A stretch of DNA of 64,000 nucleotides from contig NC_091982.1 in NCBI RefSeq assembly GCF_044704955.1, forward strand, positions 26,908,001 through 26,972,000, in the 5' to 3' direction. The notes under the pieces were generated by a model that worked only from the letters and a program-made list of their open reading frames with translations, was not told where the DNA came from and made no database searches. This DNA is from Pristiophorus japonicus (Eukaryota). The position numbers and the translations under genes were made by a program. Of this stretch, positions 36,129 through 50,669 are shown one piece after another. Each line of letters opens with the position of its first letter. Position 1 is the first letter of the stretch.

Positions 36129-38819
36129 CAGCACATTAGTACAAAAGTGTTTTGTTTCATCTGCACATTAAGAAGTGTCACTGAGCAGGAAATGTGATTA
36201 CAGCATACTTCAAAGTTTGTGTCCGTATATAGTGCTAATGGGCCGAGCTAGCTAAAGCATGATGCAATAGCCTTGAACATTAAATACTGTAATGTAAATG
36301 CTTGCTTGATGTTTCATATTCATGTGTGTACATTCCTATATTCTGTAGGTACTTCAGTGTGCAGTCCTTTTAAAAAAAAAGCATAGGGAAAGCTCTCTTC
36401 ACACATCAGACAGACCAAAAAAAGCATTAAAAATTCTCAAAAGCACCTCCTGAAAAAATACTGAAAGAACATGAAACTGTGTCTCGAGGCCAAACTGCCT
36501 TGCTTTCCTGACCAAAGAGGATAGTAATGATTGGGAAGATTTCTTGTGTGAACTGTGCATAATGAAATCATTAATCCATTCTTTTTAAATGGGTTTGCAG
36601 TTTGGGGGTAAACATCATTTTATATTGGTAACTAAATTGAAATCTGTTTCTAAATAGAAACTGCCATTAGCTCATTTTTCAGCTTACTGTATTGTGTGGG
36701 TTGATTTAAATTGTATTAATCTAAATTCTTAAACATGGAAATTACTGGTCGGAAGGTAGAAAGTAATTGAGCTTTTTGTGCACTTTTAGTAATCAGGAAT
36801 CTGAAGGAAGTCACTAGTTATGAAGAGTTTCACCTCCCAAGATGAGTTTAGAAATATTTCTGCAATGCAGGTCATTAACATTTCTGAAAATATTCTAACT
36901 GCAGAATTAATTAGAATATATGCATATCAACTATCTCAGACATGTAAATAATCCTCCTCCCAAACTATGGGAACACAATGAATCTTGAAAGTGTTATTAA
37001 CACAGCATAACTGGACTAAAACTATATTTTTTAAATACACATCATTTTCCTTAAACTCAAATTCTAGTTTAACTCTGCATAGTTCAAATTATTCAACTGT
37101 AAATTGCAGTGATAAGTAGAATTGCACTAGACCATGTTTGGGTATTTGGTCCCATCCACACTGTAAAAAGCCTTTACAATACATTCAATGAACTTATGCA
37201 AACACTGCTTCAACAAGCAGATCCTTGTCATTTGATGAAATAAAGTGAAAACAATACAGTATTAGAAATACTTTCATTATTACATGTAGGCTGGAACATT
37301 CACTCCAGCAAGAGGGGTCGGGAGCCCAGTATCCATAGCTCACTTTTACTTTGCTACAAGTATATAAAACTCATCTATGCAATCTTGTTCAGTTAAATAA
37401 TTTTATAACTGGTTGTTCTGCTGGATTATTTTCTTCCTCTGGTAATTGCCAGTTGTTACAAATACAGATCTTTAATCACATTTATTTGCAAAAAAAAAAA
37501 ATGCCCAGTGTCAAATGTGGAACCAATTACTGCATCCACTACCCTTATTTTATATTGCAGCTACAGGATCATTTAACACAATAGGGAATTCAAAAGAAAC
37601 TTTTTTACCCAGAGAGTGGTGAAAATGTGGAACTCGCTACTACTGGGAGTGGTTGAAGCGAATAGTATAGATGCAGCTAAGGGGCAGTTAGATAAACATA
37701 TGAGGGAGAAGGGAATAGAGGGTTATGCTGATAGATTTAGATGAGAAAAGACAGGAGGTGGCTCAAGTGGAGCATAAATGCTAGCATGAACTGGTTGGGC
37801 CAAATGGCCTGTTCCTATGCTGTATTTCCTATGTAAAGTGGTAGTTTCATGTATTTACATCTGAAATTGGAATATCAAGTGGGCAGTGATGCAAGAAGCG
37901 TCAAGATTAGTTGTGAAGTACAATCAAGTGTACTTTTAAAATAAAACTTCCTTCCCAGTTGCCATGAAATTGGTTGTCCAAGTTCTGTTCCATTATGTTT
38001 AATGTGATCATTTTTATGCCATTAGAAAAAGAATTATTGAATAGAAACCAGTGAAACTCAGTAACCAAATAAATTTGACAACTGGATCTGGTACCATCTA
38101 AGACTTTCCACTGAGAAGGTGCATGCCACCACCAAACACATCTTCCTCTCCCCTTTCACACTTCTGAAGGAACAGTTCCTTCCACACCCAGAGGGACTTG
38201 CTCAGCATTAATCAGGTTCTTTTTTTAAACTTGCTCTCTCAAAGCACCTCAATTTCTTGTTATGGGGTTTAAAATGTAAAGTTGACAGCACTCACTGTGG
38301 TCTCCTTCTGCGCGCCTCTAGGTCTTGTTCTCCCTTCGCCATAAAGCTCTGCTGTACATTAAACTTCACCTGATTGACAGCTTCATCATGGCAATGGAGA
38401 TTATCATGGAAAACGAACACACAAACATTTTCCAAAATATCCATTGCACGTTGCTTCACGGGCCTCATACGGCCTGTGGCCCATAATGTGGACACTTTTG
38501 GTCTAGGCTCACATGAAGAATGGCCACTTGGGTGAAGGATTGGAGGGGCTGCTGGCAGCCTTGAAATCATACCGCAACATGTTGGCATTCAGGAGAGGAG
38601 GAGGATAGAAAAAAAGGGGGGGGGGGGAATTGCCCAAATAAAATGGCAATTATAATTTTAATTTTAATTTTTTAAATAAATTCTAATTCATGAATTAGCA
38701 ACTCTGCTATTATGGACTTGTATATTCAGGTACAGAGTTTCCAAAATAACCTTTTTTTCCCCCAAAAGGAAGTTGGCCATGGATACTATTTTATGAAGGT
38801 TTTTTTCAAAATTTGAACA

Positions 38820-40740
38820 TAAAAAGTCATTTATATAGCACCTTTATCATAGAAAAACATCCAAGATACTCCATAAAAACAGACATTAAGCAGGAATAGG
38901 AGAAGTAATCATGGAAGGAAAGTGGACACTGAGCAGAAGAGAAGTTATAAGAGGTTTCTGAAGGCATGTAGAGAAGTAGATTTTAAGACTACTTTGGAAG
39001 ATGGGAAATGGGTGAAACAAGACAGAGAGGCTTGGGAAGAGAGTTCCAGAGTGCAGGGCCATACCAGCACAGAACAATGTTACTAATGGGGTGGGGGGGG
39101 GGGGGGGGCAGTGAATGCATAGTAGGTCACAGTCAGAAGAGCAAAGATATAAGTTTAAAGGTTAAGCTTGTGAAGGTTGCAAAGGAAGGGCGCCATGGAG
39201 ATATTTGGAAGCAAGGATGAGGATTCTGAAGTCAATCTGTTGGGAGCTGGGAAGCCATTGAAGTTTAGCTAGATCAGGGATGCTGAGTGAGTCTGAGTGC
39301 GAGGTAGGCTGTAGGTGGGGAGTTTTGGAATTTATGTATGGTGTAGATCAGGAGTCTGGTGAGGAGAGCACTGGTGAGTCATGCTTGGGGGTGACAACAG
39401 CATGAGTGAGTGTTTCAGCTGCAGTAGGGAAAGGAGAACGTAGGTAAATAAGGAGGTAATGTTTGCTGACGACACAAAGATGGGAGGAAAAGCAAAGTGT
39501 GAGAAAGACACAAAAAATTTGCAAAAGGACATAGACAGGCTAAGTGAGTGGGTAAAACAAATTGACAAATGGAGTATAATGTTGGAAAGTGAGAGGTCAT
39601 GCACTTTGACAGAAAAAAAATAGAAGAGCAAGTTAATACTTAAATGGAGAAAGATTGCAAAAGTGCCACAGGACAGCGGGACCTGGGGGTACTTGTGCAT
39701 GAAACAAAAAAGGATAGTATGCAGGTGCAGCAAGTGATCAGGAAGGCCAATGGTATCTTGGCCTTTATTGCAAAGGCGATGGAGTATAAAAGCAGGAAAG
39801 TCTTACTAATCTATATAAGGTATTGGTGAGGCCACACCTGGAATACTGCATGCAGTTTTGGTTTCGATATTTACAAAAGGATATACTTGCTTTGGAGGCA
39901 GTTCAGAGAAGGTTCACTAGGTTGATTCCGGGAATGAGGGGGTTGACTTATGAGGAGGTTGACTTATGAGGAAAGGTTGAGTCGGCTGGGCCTCTACTCA
40001 TTGGAATTCAGAAGAATGAGAGGTGATCTTATTGAAACGTATAAGATTATGAGGGGGCTTGACAAGGTGGATGCAGAGAGGATGTTTCCACTGATAGGGG
40101 AGACTGGAACTAGAGGGCACGATCTTAGAATAAGGGGCCGCCCATTTAAAACAGAGATGAGGAGAAATTTCTTCTGAGGGTTGTAAATCTGTGGAATTTG
40201 CTGCCTCAGAGAGCTGTGGAAGCTGGGACATTGAATAAATTTAAGACAGAAATAGACAGTTTCTTAAACGATAAGGGGTTACGGGGAGCAGGCGGGGAAG
40301 TGAAGCTGAGTCCATGATCAGATCTTATTGAATGGCGGAGCAGGCTCGAGGGGCCGGATGGCCTACACCTGTTTCTATTTCTTATGTTCTGAAGTGATGT
40401 TGTAGAGGTGGAAATGGGCTGACTTGGTGGTACATATTTGAAACTCAGCTCAGGGTCAAACAGGACACTGACATTGTGCATCATCTGTTTTAGCATGAGT
40501 GACGCGTGAGAAACTGGAGAGGAAGGTGGAATCGGAGGGGGAAAGTGCAAAATTCCTGCTGGGAGTCAACAAGGCTTCAGTTCTGATGAAAGGTCTCTCT
40601 CCACAGATGCTGCCTGACCTGCTGAGTGTTTCCAGCATTTTCTATTTTTATTTCAGACTTACCAGTATTCAATTGGGAGAAATCTCTGGCTTGTGCATGA
40701 TTTGACTTCAGACAAGCATCAGACAGCACAGTACGAGTCA
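38820..40740 (-). mobile_element. Old L2 remnant hosting a CR1 insertion
   Basis: Resembles 11085-11560 and 27300-27800; interrupted at ~39462-40390. Confidence 0.55.
39462..40390 (+). mobile_element. CR1 LINE 3' fragment
   Basis: FADDTK motif, ORFs 39644..39829 and 39950..40177; tail ttcttatgttct. Confidence 0.9.
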
Positions 40741-41345
40741 ATGGAAGTGGCACAGAAGGAGATCTAATGGTTGGCATGCAGTCGAGAAATGTCCAAGATT
40801 TAGTCCCTGATCTGTACTGAGCTAGCCATCTCACAAGAGCGACATAATTATTCTGACCCTGCAACGAGCAAGTACAGTTAGTACCCTTTCTCTGAATCAC
40901 TACCCTGATGTGGAAACAATGAGAGTTAGAAAGCAATCTAGATCAGCAGTTTATGTATCGTAAGATGGAAGTTTACAGCATGCCCATTTTGAAAGAGGAA
41001 GCCACTATCTGAAGAAAGGAAATTACGCATGAAGTTTCTTGAACAACTGCGAACAATATTTAAGGTATTGATGTGACTGGCTAGCAGTGTTCAGACAGAA
41101 AGGTGCAACAGAACTCCATACTATTAGCTGTGTCGGAGAAGCAAGGAGAGAACAATTTAAAAGAACCAAAATTGTATAAGATGCTACATTTACTCTACAT
41201 AAACACTTCAGACACCTTTCTTTGCATATAGAATGTCTCAACTCATCCAATTTCCATTCTTGATGTGCATCCTGGAAATACAATTACGTGTATGCAATAA
41301 GTGCACCATGATGATTTATTTACAAGAGTCATGCTAATGTATTAC

Positions 41346-41548
41346 CTTCAGGTAATTTTCGTTTCCCAGTTGCTGGTTTTGTTTTCTTGCTTCTTACAGA
41401 GGAGCCTCTGCTGCTAATTCCACTGACAACAGACATTGTGTCATCATCACCAGTCAATAAGGAGTTTCTATATGATATTAACGGAAGCCACACATCTTCC
41501 CTATGCAATATCATTTGCTCAGTCATAAACTTCTCGAGGTAAACATAG
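41346..41548 (-). CDS. STAG2: STAG2 exon ([31 protein letters not shown]...KRKLPE)
   Basis: 203 nt, phase 2-1, AG at 41550-41549, donor G|GTAATA; lies within track ORF 41329..41577. Confidence 0.93.
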
Positions 41549-41705
41549 CTGAAATTAGAAAATAAAATATTGTTCAATAGTTATACAAACAGCGTCAAAC
41601 TGTATTGCAAAATAGCAATATTACAGCAGTTGAAGCAGAACAGCACACAATTTTAGAGTTTGTTATCCTTCATCTACACACAAAGATGCCAAATACTGTA
41701 CTTAC

Positions 41706-41834
41706 AGTGTTCTCTTGTCTTGTCTGAGCAGTTTAGAAGAGAATTCACTCAGGATATCCAGGAAGGGTAAATTCAGAGCGGGATATCCTTCTCCATTTAC
41801 ATTGGGTTCCTTGAAGGCAAAATCAATGCCATCT
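41706..41834 (-). CDS. STAG2: STAG2 exon ([42 protein letters not shown])
   Basis: 129 nt, phase 2-2, TTTGCAG acceptor, GTAAGT donor. Confidence 0.95.
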
Positions 41835-42649
41835 CTGCAAAGTCATTGTCAAACAAATTAGAACTAGAAAATAACCAATGAAATTCTCAAAATCTCACAT
41901 ACTTAAAATATAATTAGGATACTGAATTTGACATCATGGGCTAACCACGTGTGTGTGCTTAGAAGAGACTTACTTTACACACTTCAGGTAACATGCTTAA
42001 ACTAGGCTGTAGCAGTTCATTGCAAAAACAAACATTACGGACAGCAGAAATTGGCTAATCATCTTGAACTAACTTGAGATTAAAATGGTGTTCACCAGAT
42101 TCATTCCCTCCAGTTGACAGATAAATCTTGTACTTGCCTGCACAATTTGATCCAGCCCTTTGAAATGCAGAGGCATAGTTGTTACCTATGCCTCTCAGCA
42201 GCCAATTGGATTTGGCCTTCAAGTATTGAAGGGCACAGGCTAAAAATTAACAAGTCTCAAGAAAGAGTATGCATTAAACTCCATTACTGGCCATATGCAA
42301 TTGATTCACAGTAGAGGTATTTAAGAATCTGTGCTCATTGACATCTTCAAAAAGGAGCTGAATAAGTACTATCTGATTTGGAATATGATCACAGATTATA
42401 GAGAAGAGACACAGACTGAGATGATGAAGCACTCCACAGGACATGATGGTACCAGTGCTGCTGGGAAAATGACTCTAGCGAGCAGCAGGCTAGGGTAATT
42501 GTGGAAATATAGGAAAGGATAAATAAGCTATAGCTTTATTTGATTATTTTTGAGAATGTGTATTTATGAAAATGTTTCCCCTTGGGCGATTAAGTGGGTT
42601 ATGTAAAGTCCATGAAAGAATACATTGCACATAGCTTGAGGAAGGAGTG

Positions 42650-43040
42650 GACTTGACTCTGAGCTGAGCTTCCGACCCAATATTCGCTGCATCACTAAGA
42701 CCACCTACTTCCACCTCCATAATGTCGTTCGTCTCTGCTGCTGCTGCCCCAGCTCATTTGCTGCTGAAACCCTCATCCATGCCTTTGTTATCTCCAGCCT
42801 ACGAAAATGCTTTCCTGGGCGGCCAGCCACCTTATCCAAAATTCTGCTGCCTGTATCCTAACTCGCACCTAGTCCTGTTCACCCATCACCCCTGTGCTTG
42901 CTGACCTAATTGGCTCTCAGACGAGCAATAATATCTCTATGTGGCTCGATATTGAATTTCTGTCCAATAACGCACATGTGAAGCACCATGGGATGTTTTT
43001 AATACCTTAAAGGCACTATAAAAATGCAAGTCGTTATTGA
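42650..43040 (+). mobile_element. L2 LINE 3' fragment
   Basis: AAETLIHAF- and PITPVLADL-like remnants and an L2-type 3' tail. Confidence 0.65.
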
Positions 43041-43197
43041 TGGACGGAATGGCTTTTTCATGTTGCTTTTTAAAATCTCAACGGAGTCATTATTTCCAAT
43101 GCATTTTTGACTCTCTGCGCATGCATGTCCGACTGGTATTGCACATTTGATCCAGTCATGCATGCACAGTACCAAACGATACAGCGGCTGCGGCCTC

Positions 43198-43700
43198 TGG
43201 GGAGAGGGGGGAATTGAGGGGGGTGTGTGGGGAGAGGGAGAGGGAATCGAAGGGGTGCGTGGGGAGAGGGAGAGGGAATCGAAGGGGTGGGGGAAGAAGT
43301 AGAGAGAATTGAAAGGGGGTGGGGGAAAGAGGGAATCGAAAGGGGATGGGGGGGGGGGGGGAGAAGAGAGGGAATCTAAAGTGGGTGGGGGTGGGAAGAA
43401 GAGAGGGAATCGAAAGGGGGTGGGGGAGGGGGGGGGGTGAAGAGAGGGAATCGAAAGGGGGTGGGGGAGGGGGGCAAAGAGAGGGAATCGAAAGGGGGTG
43501 GGGGAGGGGGGCAAAGAGAGGGAATCGAAAGGGGGTGGGGGGGGGAAAGAGAGGAGAATGGATGAGAAAGATGAGATCGAAGGGGGAGGAGGCAGGAAAG
43601 GGGGGGGAAATCGGAGGGATGGGAGAGGGGATCAAAGGAGGAGAGGGGTTCGGAGGGGAAACAGGAGGTCAGGAGCTCGGGGGGAGAAGAAAAGTTCAGG
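43198..43700. repeat. Polypurine G-rich minisatellite (core gagggaatcgaaagggg)
   Basis: About 10 imperfect copies separated by G runs. Confidence 0.85.
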
Positions 43701-44601
43701 AACTCGGAGAGTGGTAGAGCATAGAGGGAACAGTGGCGATGGGGGAAGAACGTACTCCAGGTCTAAATGGGAAGAATGAGAGTAAGAACGTGAACGTCAC
43801 ATTCTTTGCCCCCCTGTTAAACATGGATCACGTTCTTCCAACCCCACCCGCTTTACACCCACACCGCGTTCTCCCTCTCCTCCCCCTAGACCTGGCTGAT
43901 TTCTCGGAAAACCTGGCGTGTGTGCGGCAGGTGACGTCATTGGGCTAAATGAAATCCGAAAGTCACGACACTGTCACTATTCACTTCATATCCAATTAAC
44001 CGGCTAACAATCCGTAACACACACACACACATACATACACAAGGGGGGAGGGTGGGAAGGAAATCAGGAACCTTGGTGGGGAGGGGAGATGGTCAGCAAT
44101 GGGCAGGGAGAGAGAATCAGGAACTCGGGGAGGAGTGGTGGGAGAGGTCAGGAACGCGGGTTGGGGGGGGAGAAAGAAGCTCAGGAACTTGGGCAGGGGG
44201 CGAAGGCCAGGAACCAGGTGTGGCGGGGGTAGAAGGTCAGGGATTTGTTGGGGAGGGAAACGGTAAGGAACTTAGGCAGTGGAGAAGGTCAGGACCCCAG
44301 TTTGCGGGGGGGGGGGGGGGCGGGAGATCAGGAACTTGTAAGGAGGGAAAAGGTCAAATGCTTTTTTGGGTGGCAGTCAGAATGAATGGCTAAAGTTACA
44401 CTTTGCAAAATACTTGATTACTCAGGCAGGCAGGATCTAATTACACATTCCAGACAAGCTGTTTGATGTGTCTTGTCATTCAAGGGGACCAATCAGAACT
44501 TTTGTATTGCAAATACACATGACCTTATCTTAATCCCCCTTACCTCAGAAACCATGTCCTCAAGAAAAAAAAAATTTAAATACAAGATGACAAGGACTTA
44601 C

Positions 44602-44750
44602 TTGTGCAGCATTGCTACAGCTTCTCTGGTTTTTAGCTGATCTAAGCCAAATGTTAGTGAGAAACGTCGAGCAAGTTCTTTAACTCCACTAAAACCAGGA
44701 GTTGTTCGATCAAAACCAAGTCCAAGGTCCTGTTCCAATTCATTAAACAA
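44602..44750 (-). CDS. STAG2: STAG2 exon ([50 protein letters not shown])
   Basis: 149 nt, phase 0-2, canonical sites; conserved SA-family motif [15 protein letters not shown]. Confidence 0.95.
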
Positions 44751-45295
44751 CTGTGAGAAATCAAATAATTATAATGTAAATGGAGTAGTAATTATCCAAG
44801 AACACTTACAAAAAAAACGCTGACAAAATATGTAATGTATTGATGATCATTAACAAATTTAAACATTTCACTTCTGTTTGCCCTCTCTTATCCTTTACTT
44901 GGCCCTCGCATGCAAAAAATAATCAATAAACTTTGATATTTTTGACAGTCCCAATATCAAAACCAAATACCAATGGGTTTTAGAAAGAGCTCTTTGGTTA
45001 ATACTCTGAAAAATAACACTATTCCAAATATGTAAACATAATGCAGGAAAAGGAAGCTGCAAATATAACATGTAAATGCACATCATTTATATTTGTACAA
45101 TGGTCCTTATTTAAACTGCATCACAATTCTTCATTTAACATAAAATTTGAGACATTATGGAACATTATCACAAAATCATAACATAGAAATGGGTGAATAC
45201 CAGTAATATGCTGAGAAAATAATACCCCCTAAGTTCCATCCTTTAGGATTATCTACTTTATCAATTTACTGATACATTCTTCTTCCAATGATTTA

Positions 45296-45406
<111 letters not shown>

Positions 45407-45805
45407 CTAAAGTATAAATAATAATGGTTTTAGTATGCATTATAGATAAATTCATTATTCAATAATTCTGATAACTGAAATTCTGAGAACTGGGTCTAAA
45501 ATGCACAAATCCTAGCATTGCAATAGTTAAGTATTGTTTGGGACTTTTGAATATAGAACACTTCTATTTTAGTAAACATTTATTATTCCCCAGAGAACCA
45601 AGGACAAAGCAGTAGTGGAATATCCTACTGTTCAAGTTTACAAGTCACCCATTACAGGAAGCTAGGTTGAAACAGGCATATACAGAATTGGAAAAGATTT
45701 TGTGATTCATCTGGCCAGTTCCAATTTAAAAAAAAAGCATGCTATATCACTTTTGCCAAAACAAGTACCTGGTTCCCTCTTGAATTTTCTTACAATCTTG
45801 ATTTA

Positions 45806-46093
<288 letters not shown>

Positions 46094-47032
46094 TTAATAG
46101 TGAAGAAGCTGTGAGCCACCTAGAGTTGTCAACCCTTTCAGATTTTCCGGAGTCTCCCGGAATGGGCACTGCTGCTAGCAATCCAGGAGAAAAGTAGAGT
46201 TTGCACTTCACATTTCCAGCTTGCTGTGGTGTACTTTTCACACCTGCTCGCGGAACTTCTCATATGACAGCTATTGGCATAAAACCACGAGCAAAGATAC
46301 TCAAGTCCAAGGAACTCAACTGTTAGAAGGTAAATATAGTAACATTTGCAGACTGTGGGCAAGCATTATGTGATAAGACATCACACGGTCAAACCTCCAG
46401 GAATACCTCTAACCAGAGTTGGTAAACTTAGTGCTATCCATTATCCAGAAAAGTCAGATCAAGCTGTCTCTCGGATCTCAGTGAAGCATAATGGCCAGCA
46501 TTGCTACGACTGCCAATTCCTCACATTTTTTTTTTTTTAAACCCATTTTCTGTTCACCCAACTGATGGTTCTCCTTTTCTTTGTTTCACTTCAAACTTGT
46601 GTTCTGTCACATTAATTGAAATATGCACCACCAATTAAGCTTTTAAGCTGTGCGGCCACGCAGCACTCTGCAGGTCCCAAAAGAAAATTAGAGGAAACAT
46701 TGCGTAACTGTTCAAGCATATCTGGTGTTGTCCGATGTTAACCGAGACGGACCAGTGTACCCTATGACACCTCTGAAAATGCATACACAACCCAAATAGT
46801 TTCCCCCCCACCCTCCCAAAAAGAGACAGAACAACATTAGAGAGATGCTAAGGTTTCAATAGCACAAGGTGACTGTATCAAGAAATTCTACTTGGGATTC
46901 AAATTCATTCTGTATCATACTTCTCAGTTTTAAAAATCATTCATAATTTACAGCTATGGGGAAAAGGGCTTTAAGTAACAGACTGTACTAGATTGGTACA
47001 AATAAGTATGTGTGAAAAATAACATCCCTCAC

Positions 47033-47207
47033 CTGTACTGTGGCCGTCTTCATCCTGGTCAATAAATACATGGTCTAAGATGAAGCTGAGCAACTCTGAC
47101 TGTAGAGACGAATCTGGAGTGTAAACCAGAGGTTCCAGTACTTCACGTCCACCTGACATAATCTGGTGGCTAAAAATCATCAGAATATCACACAAGATAG
47201 TGAAAGC
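47033..47207 (-). CDS. STAG2: STAG2 exon ([58 protein letters not shown])
   Basis: 175 nt, phase 0-1, donor G|GTGAG. Confidence 0.95.
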
Positions 47208-47702
47208 CTACAAAACAAAACAGAAATAATTACTGAAAGTTACTGAGTCTATTTTGAACACAAAGTCATTGCACTAATTAAATGCATCTTATAGAAAAAC
47301 TAGTGCGCTTATAAGAGAGGTAAAGTTTAGGACGACTTTAAGTACTTCCCCATATGCATTATTTAAAAAGTGTGCCTCCCTACCTTGCAGGAAGTTAGAC
47401 TTATAGGATGTAAAGCTACCATTCATTTCTTTCTCAGAGGCCTGCTATTTTAGTTCTATATAATCTAAATTCATTCCAATGACATAGGTTACAAATGTAA
47501 CTTCGACATTAGTCCTTCAGATCAGCCAAGATCCCAATGTGAGACTGTCAAGCTAAGAAAAGTTACTTGCTAGTTATTGCTGCGTACTTGGATAGTGCAA
47601 ACAATTTGGTTGTTTCAGTCACCATCTAGGCTAGCCAAAGCACCAACTTAAACATTACTGACTCAAGTCACTCCAGGATGAATGTAGACTGCCTCTATAC
47701 CT

Positions 47703-49222
47703 CATCATAGGCAGTCCCTTGGAATCAAGGAAGACTTGTTTCCACTCCCAAAATGAGTTATTTGATGGCTGAACAGTCCAATACGAGCCACAGACCCTGT
47801 CACAGGTGGGACAGACATTTGTCGAGGGAAGGGGTCAGTGGGGCTGGTTTGCCGCGCGCGCCTTCCGCTGCCTGTGCTCGGCCTCTTCACGTTCTTTGCG
47901 TTGAGACTCAAAGAGCTCAACGCCTTCCCGGATGCACTTTCTCCACCTCGGGCCGTCTTCAGCCAGGGTCTCCCAGGTGTCAGTGGTGATGTTGCACTTT
48001 ATCAGGGAGGCTTTGAGGGTGTCCTTATAACGTTTCCGCTATCCTTCTTTGGTTCGTTTACCACGAAGGAGCACCGCATAAAGCATTTGCTTCGAGAGTC
48101 TCGTATCTGGCATGCGAACTATGTGGCCTGCCCAGCAAAGCTGATCGAGTGTGGTCAGTGCTTCAATACTGGTGATGTTAGCCTGATCGAGGACACTGAT
48201 ATTGGTGTGCCTGTCCTCCCAGCGGATTTGCAGGATCTTGCGGAGACATCGTTGGTGATATATCTCCAGCGACTTGAGGTGCCTTCTATACATCATCCAT
48301 GCCTCGGATCCATACAGGAGGGCGGGTATTACTACAGCCCTGTAGACCATGAGCTTGGTGATAGATTTGAGGGCCTGGTCTTCAAACACTCTTTTCCTCA
48401 GACGGCCGAAGACTGCACTGGCACACTGGAGGTGATGTTGAATCTCCGCAACAATGTCTGCCTTTGTTGATAAGACGCTCCCGAGATATGGGAAATGGTC
48501 CACGTTGTCGAGGGCCGCGCCGTGAATCTTGATGATTGGAAGGCAGTGCTGTGCGGCAGTGACGTGCGGCAGTGACAGGCTGGTGGAGGCCTTTTGTCTT
48601 ACGGATGTTAAGCATAAGGCCCATGTTTTCATATGCCTCAGGTGAATACATTGACTATATCCTGGAGTTCAGCCTCTGAATGTACACAGATGCAGGCGTC
48701 GTCCGCATACTGCAGCTCAACGACAGAGGTTGGGGTGATCTTGGACCTAGCCTGGAGGTGGCGTAGGTTAAACAGCTTCCCACTGGTTCTGTAGTTTAGT
48801 TCCACTCCAGCGGGGAGCTTGTTGATTGTGAGGTGGAGCACGGCAGCGAGGAAAATTGAGAAAAGGGTTGGAGCAATTACGCTGTCCTGTTTGACCCCGG
48901 TCCAGACGTGAATTGGGTCTGTAATGGATCCGTTGGTAAAGATCGCGGCCTGCACGTCATCATGAAGCAGGCGAAGGATGTTGACAAACCTTTGGCAGCA
49001 TCTGAAGAGGAGGACGCTCCATAAACCCTCACGGTTGACCGTGTAAAAGGCCTTTGTAAGATCGAAAGAGACCATGTATAAGGGCTGGCGCTGCTCCCTG
49101 CATTTTTCCTGCAGCTGTCGCGCTGCAAAGATCATGTCTGTTCTGCCCCATAGGGGACAAAATCCGCATTGTGATTCCGGGAGGAGCTCCTCGGCCACAG
49201 GGAGAAGTCGATTGAGTAGACT
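47703..49222 (-). mobile_element. RTE-clade LINE RT fragment
   Basis: ORFs 48638..49198 (LPESQCGF...FDLTKAF...LQYADDA) and 48039..48632. Confidence 0.92.
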
Positions 49223-50669
49223 GCCTCGATACCTAACAGCATTGTAATGGCTCCTGGTACAATTGGAGATCCAAAATGGCAGGATTCCACAGGAAGAAAA
49301 TCAACTTACTAAAGCAATCTCATACCATAGTTTCCCATCTCTGGCATCATCTTGGTGAAGCTACACTGTACCTGCACTTGGCTTTAATGCCCTTTCTGTA
49401 ATGGGGCACTCTGTGGTTTAACCATTGTATTTATAAATTTATCATTGCTTCTTTTGACTTGTACTCTGTGCTCCATTTATAAATCCCAAAGTGCTCTTGG
49501 TCTTTATTTATTTATCTACTTGCACTCACACTATTAGGAAATTACTCATTTGAATCCTTAAGTTTCTTTGTTCATCCACTCTACAGTATCTTTCTATTGA
49601 GTGTATGCTGCCATTCCTTGTTTTTCCTTCCAAAATGTATTAACTAACACTTCGCATCAAATTTAATCTGAAACCTATCTTCCCATTCAGCTAACCAATG
49701 TCCTCCTAACATCTTTTACAATTCTTCTCGCTGTTTGCCAAACCCCCTACTTTTATGTTATCAATAAATTCTAACATGGTGCTCCCTCTGCTCAAGTTAC
49801 CTATATATAATCAAGAACAATCGTGGACCGAACACTGACCCCTGGTGTATAACACTTCCAATCTCTTTCCAATCCAAGCAACACTTTTACCCCTAACCCC
49901 TCTGTTTTCTCTCTGTTAACCAGTCAAAATGTAGTGCGTGTTGGTGGGAAAGTTTCTATGTACATTTGAAATTATTGACTTTACTTTATAAAAAAAAACA
50001 TTTTAAGTATAATAGAAATTTGCATGCAAGTGTCTGACACACATTTTTAATATACTTAATCTCCCATGGTATTGCGCACTGTGAATCCCCCTCCATGACT
50101 TTTGTCTCTCTCTCTCTCTCTCTCTCACGCACACATTCTTTCCCCTGTCCTTCTTGTCTCTCTCCCGCGTGATTTCTCTCTCTTACCCGGAGTTCTCTGA
50201 GCCCCCCTCTCTACTGATCTTTTTATTTCACAAAGAAAGATACTAGTTGAGGTGGGCTTCAAGCTGGGGTTCAGACAGAGCTGTAAAGCCATGGCATGTG
50301 CGGGTCAGGGTGCAGATTGGAATAAAAGTGGGCCTTGGACCATGTAGCAGTACTCTGGATTTTAGAAAAATTAAATGACACAACCAGGAAGAGGAGTGGT
50401 GTGAGTTGGAGGTTGAGCAGCAATGTCACAAAGGGACAAGTCAGTTCAAGTGGGAGATAAAGAGGCGTCACTTAGTTTTGGGAGACCTGCACTGCAAGGG
50501 AAGTAATTACAAGTATTGAGGTAATTAAGAGTACGGTGGTGTTACCCATGCCATTAGACCTGGCATGAGAAAATTGGCACACCAAGCATGACCAAATCAT
50601 GACATAGGAAATAAGTGTGACAAACAAGCAGTCTGTGCACACAAAATTATAAAAATGTATATTTTATTG

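Noticed and set aside
42999-43779. Pro-rich and Gly-rich ORFs
   Set aside because: They are translations of a low-complexity G-rich minisatellite.
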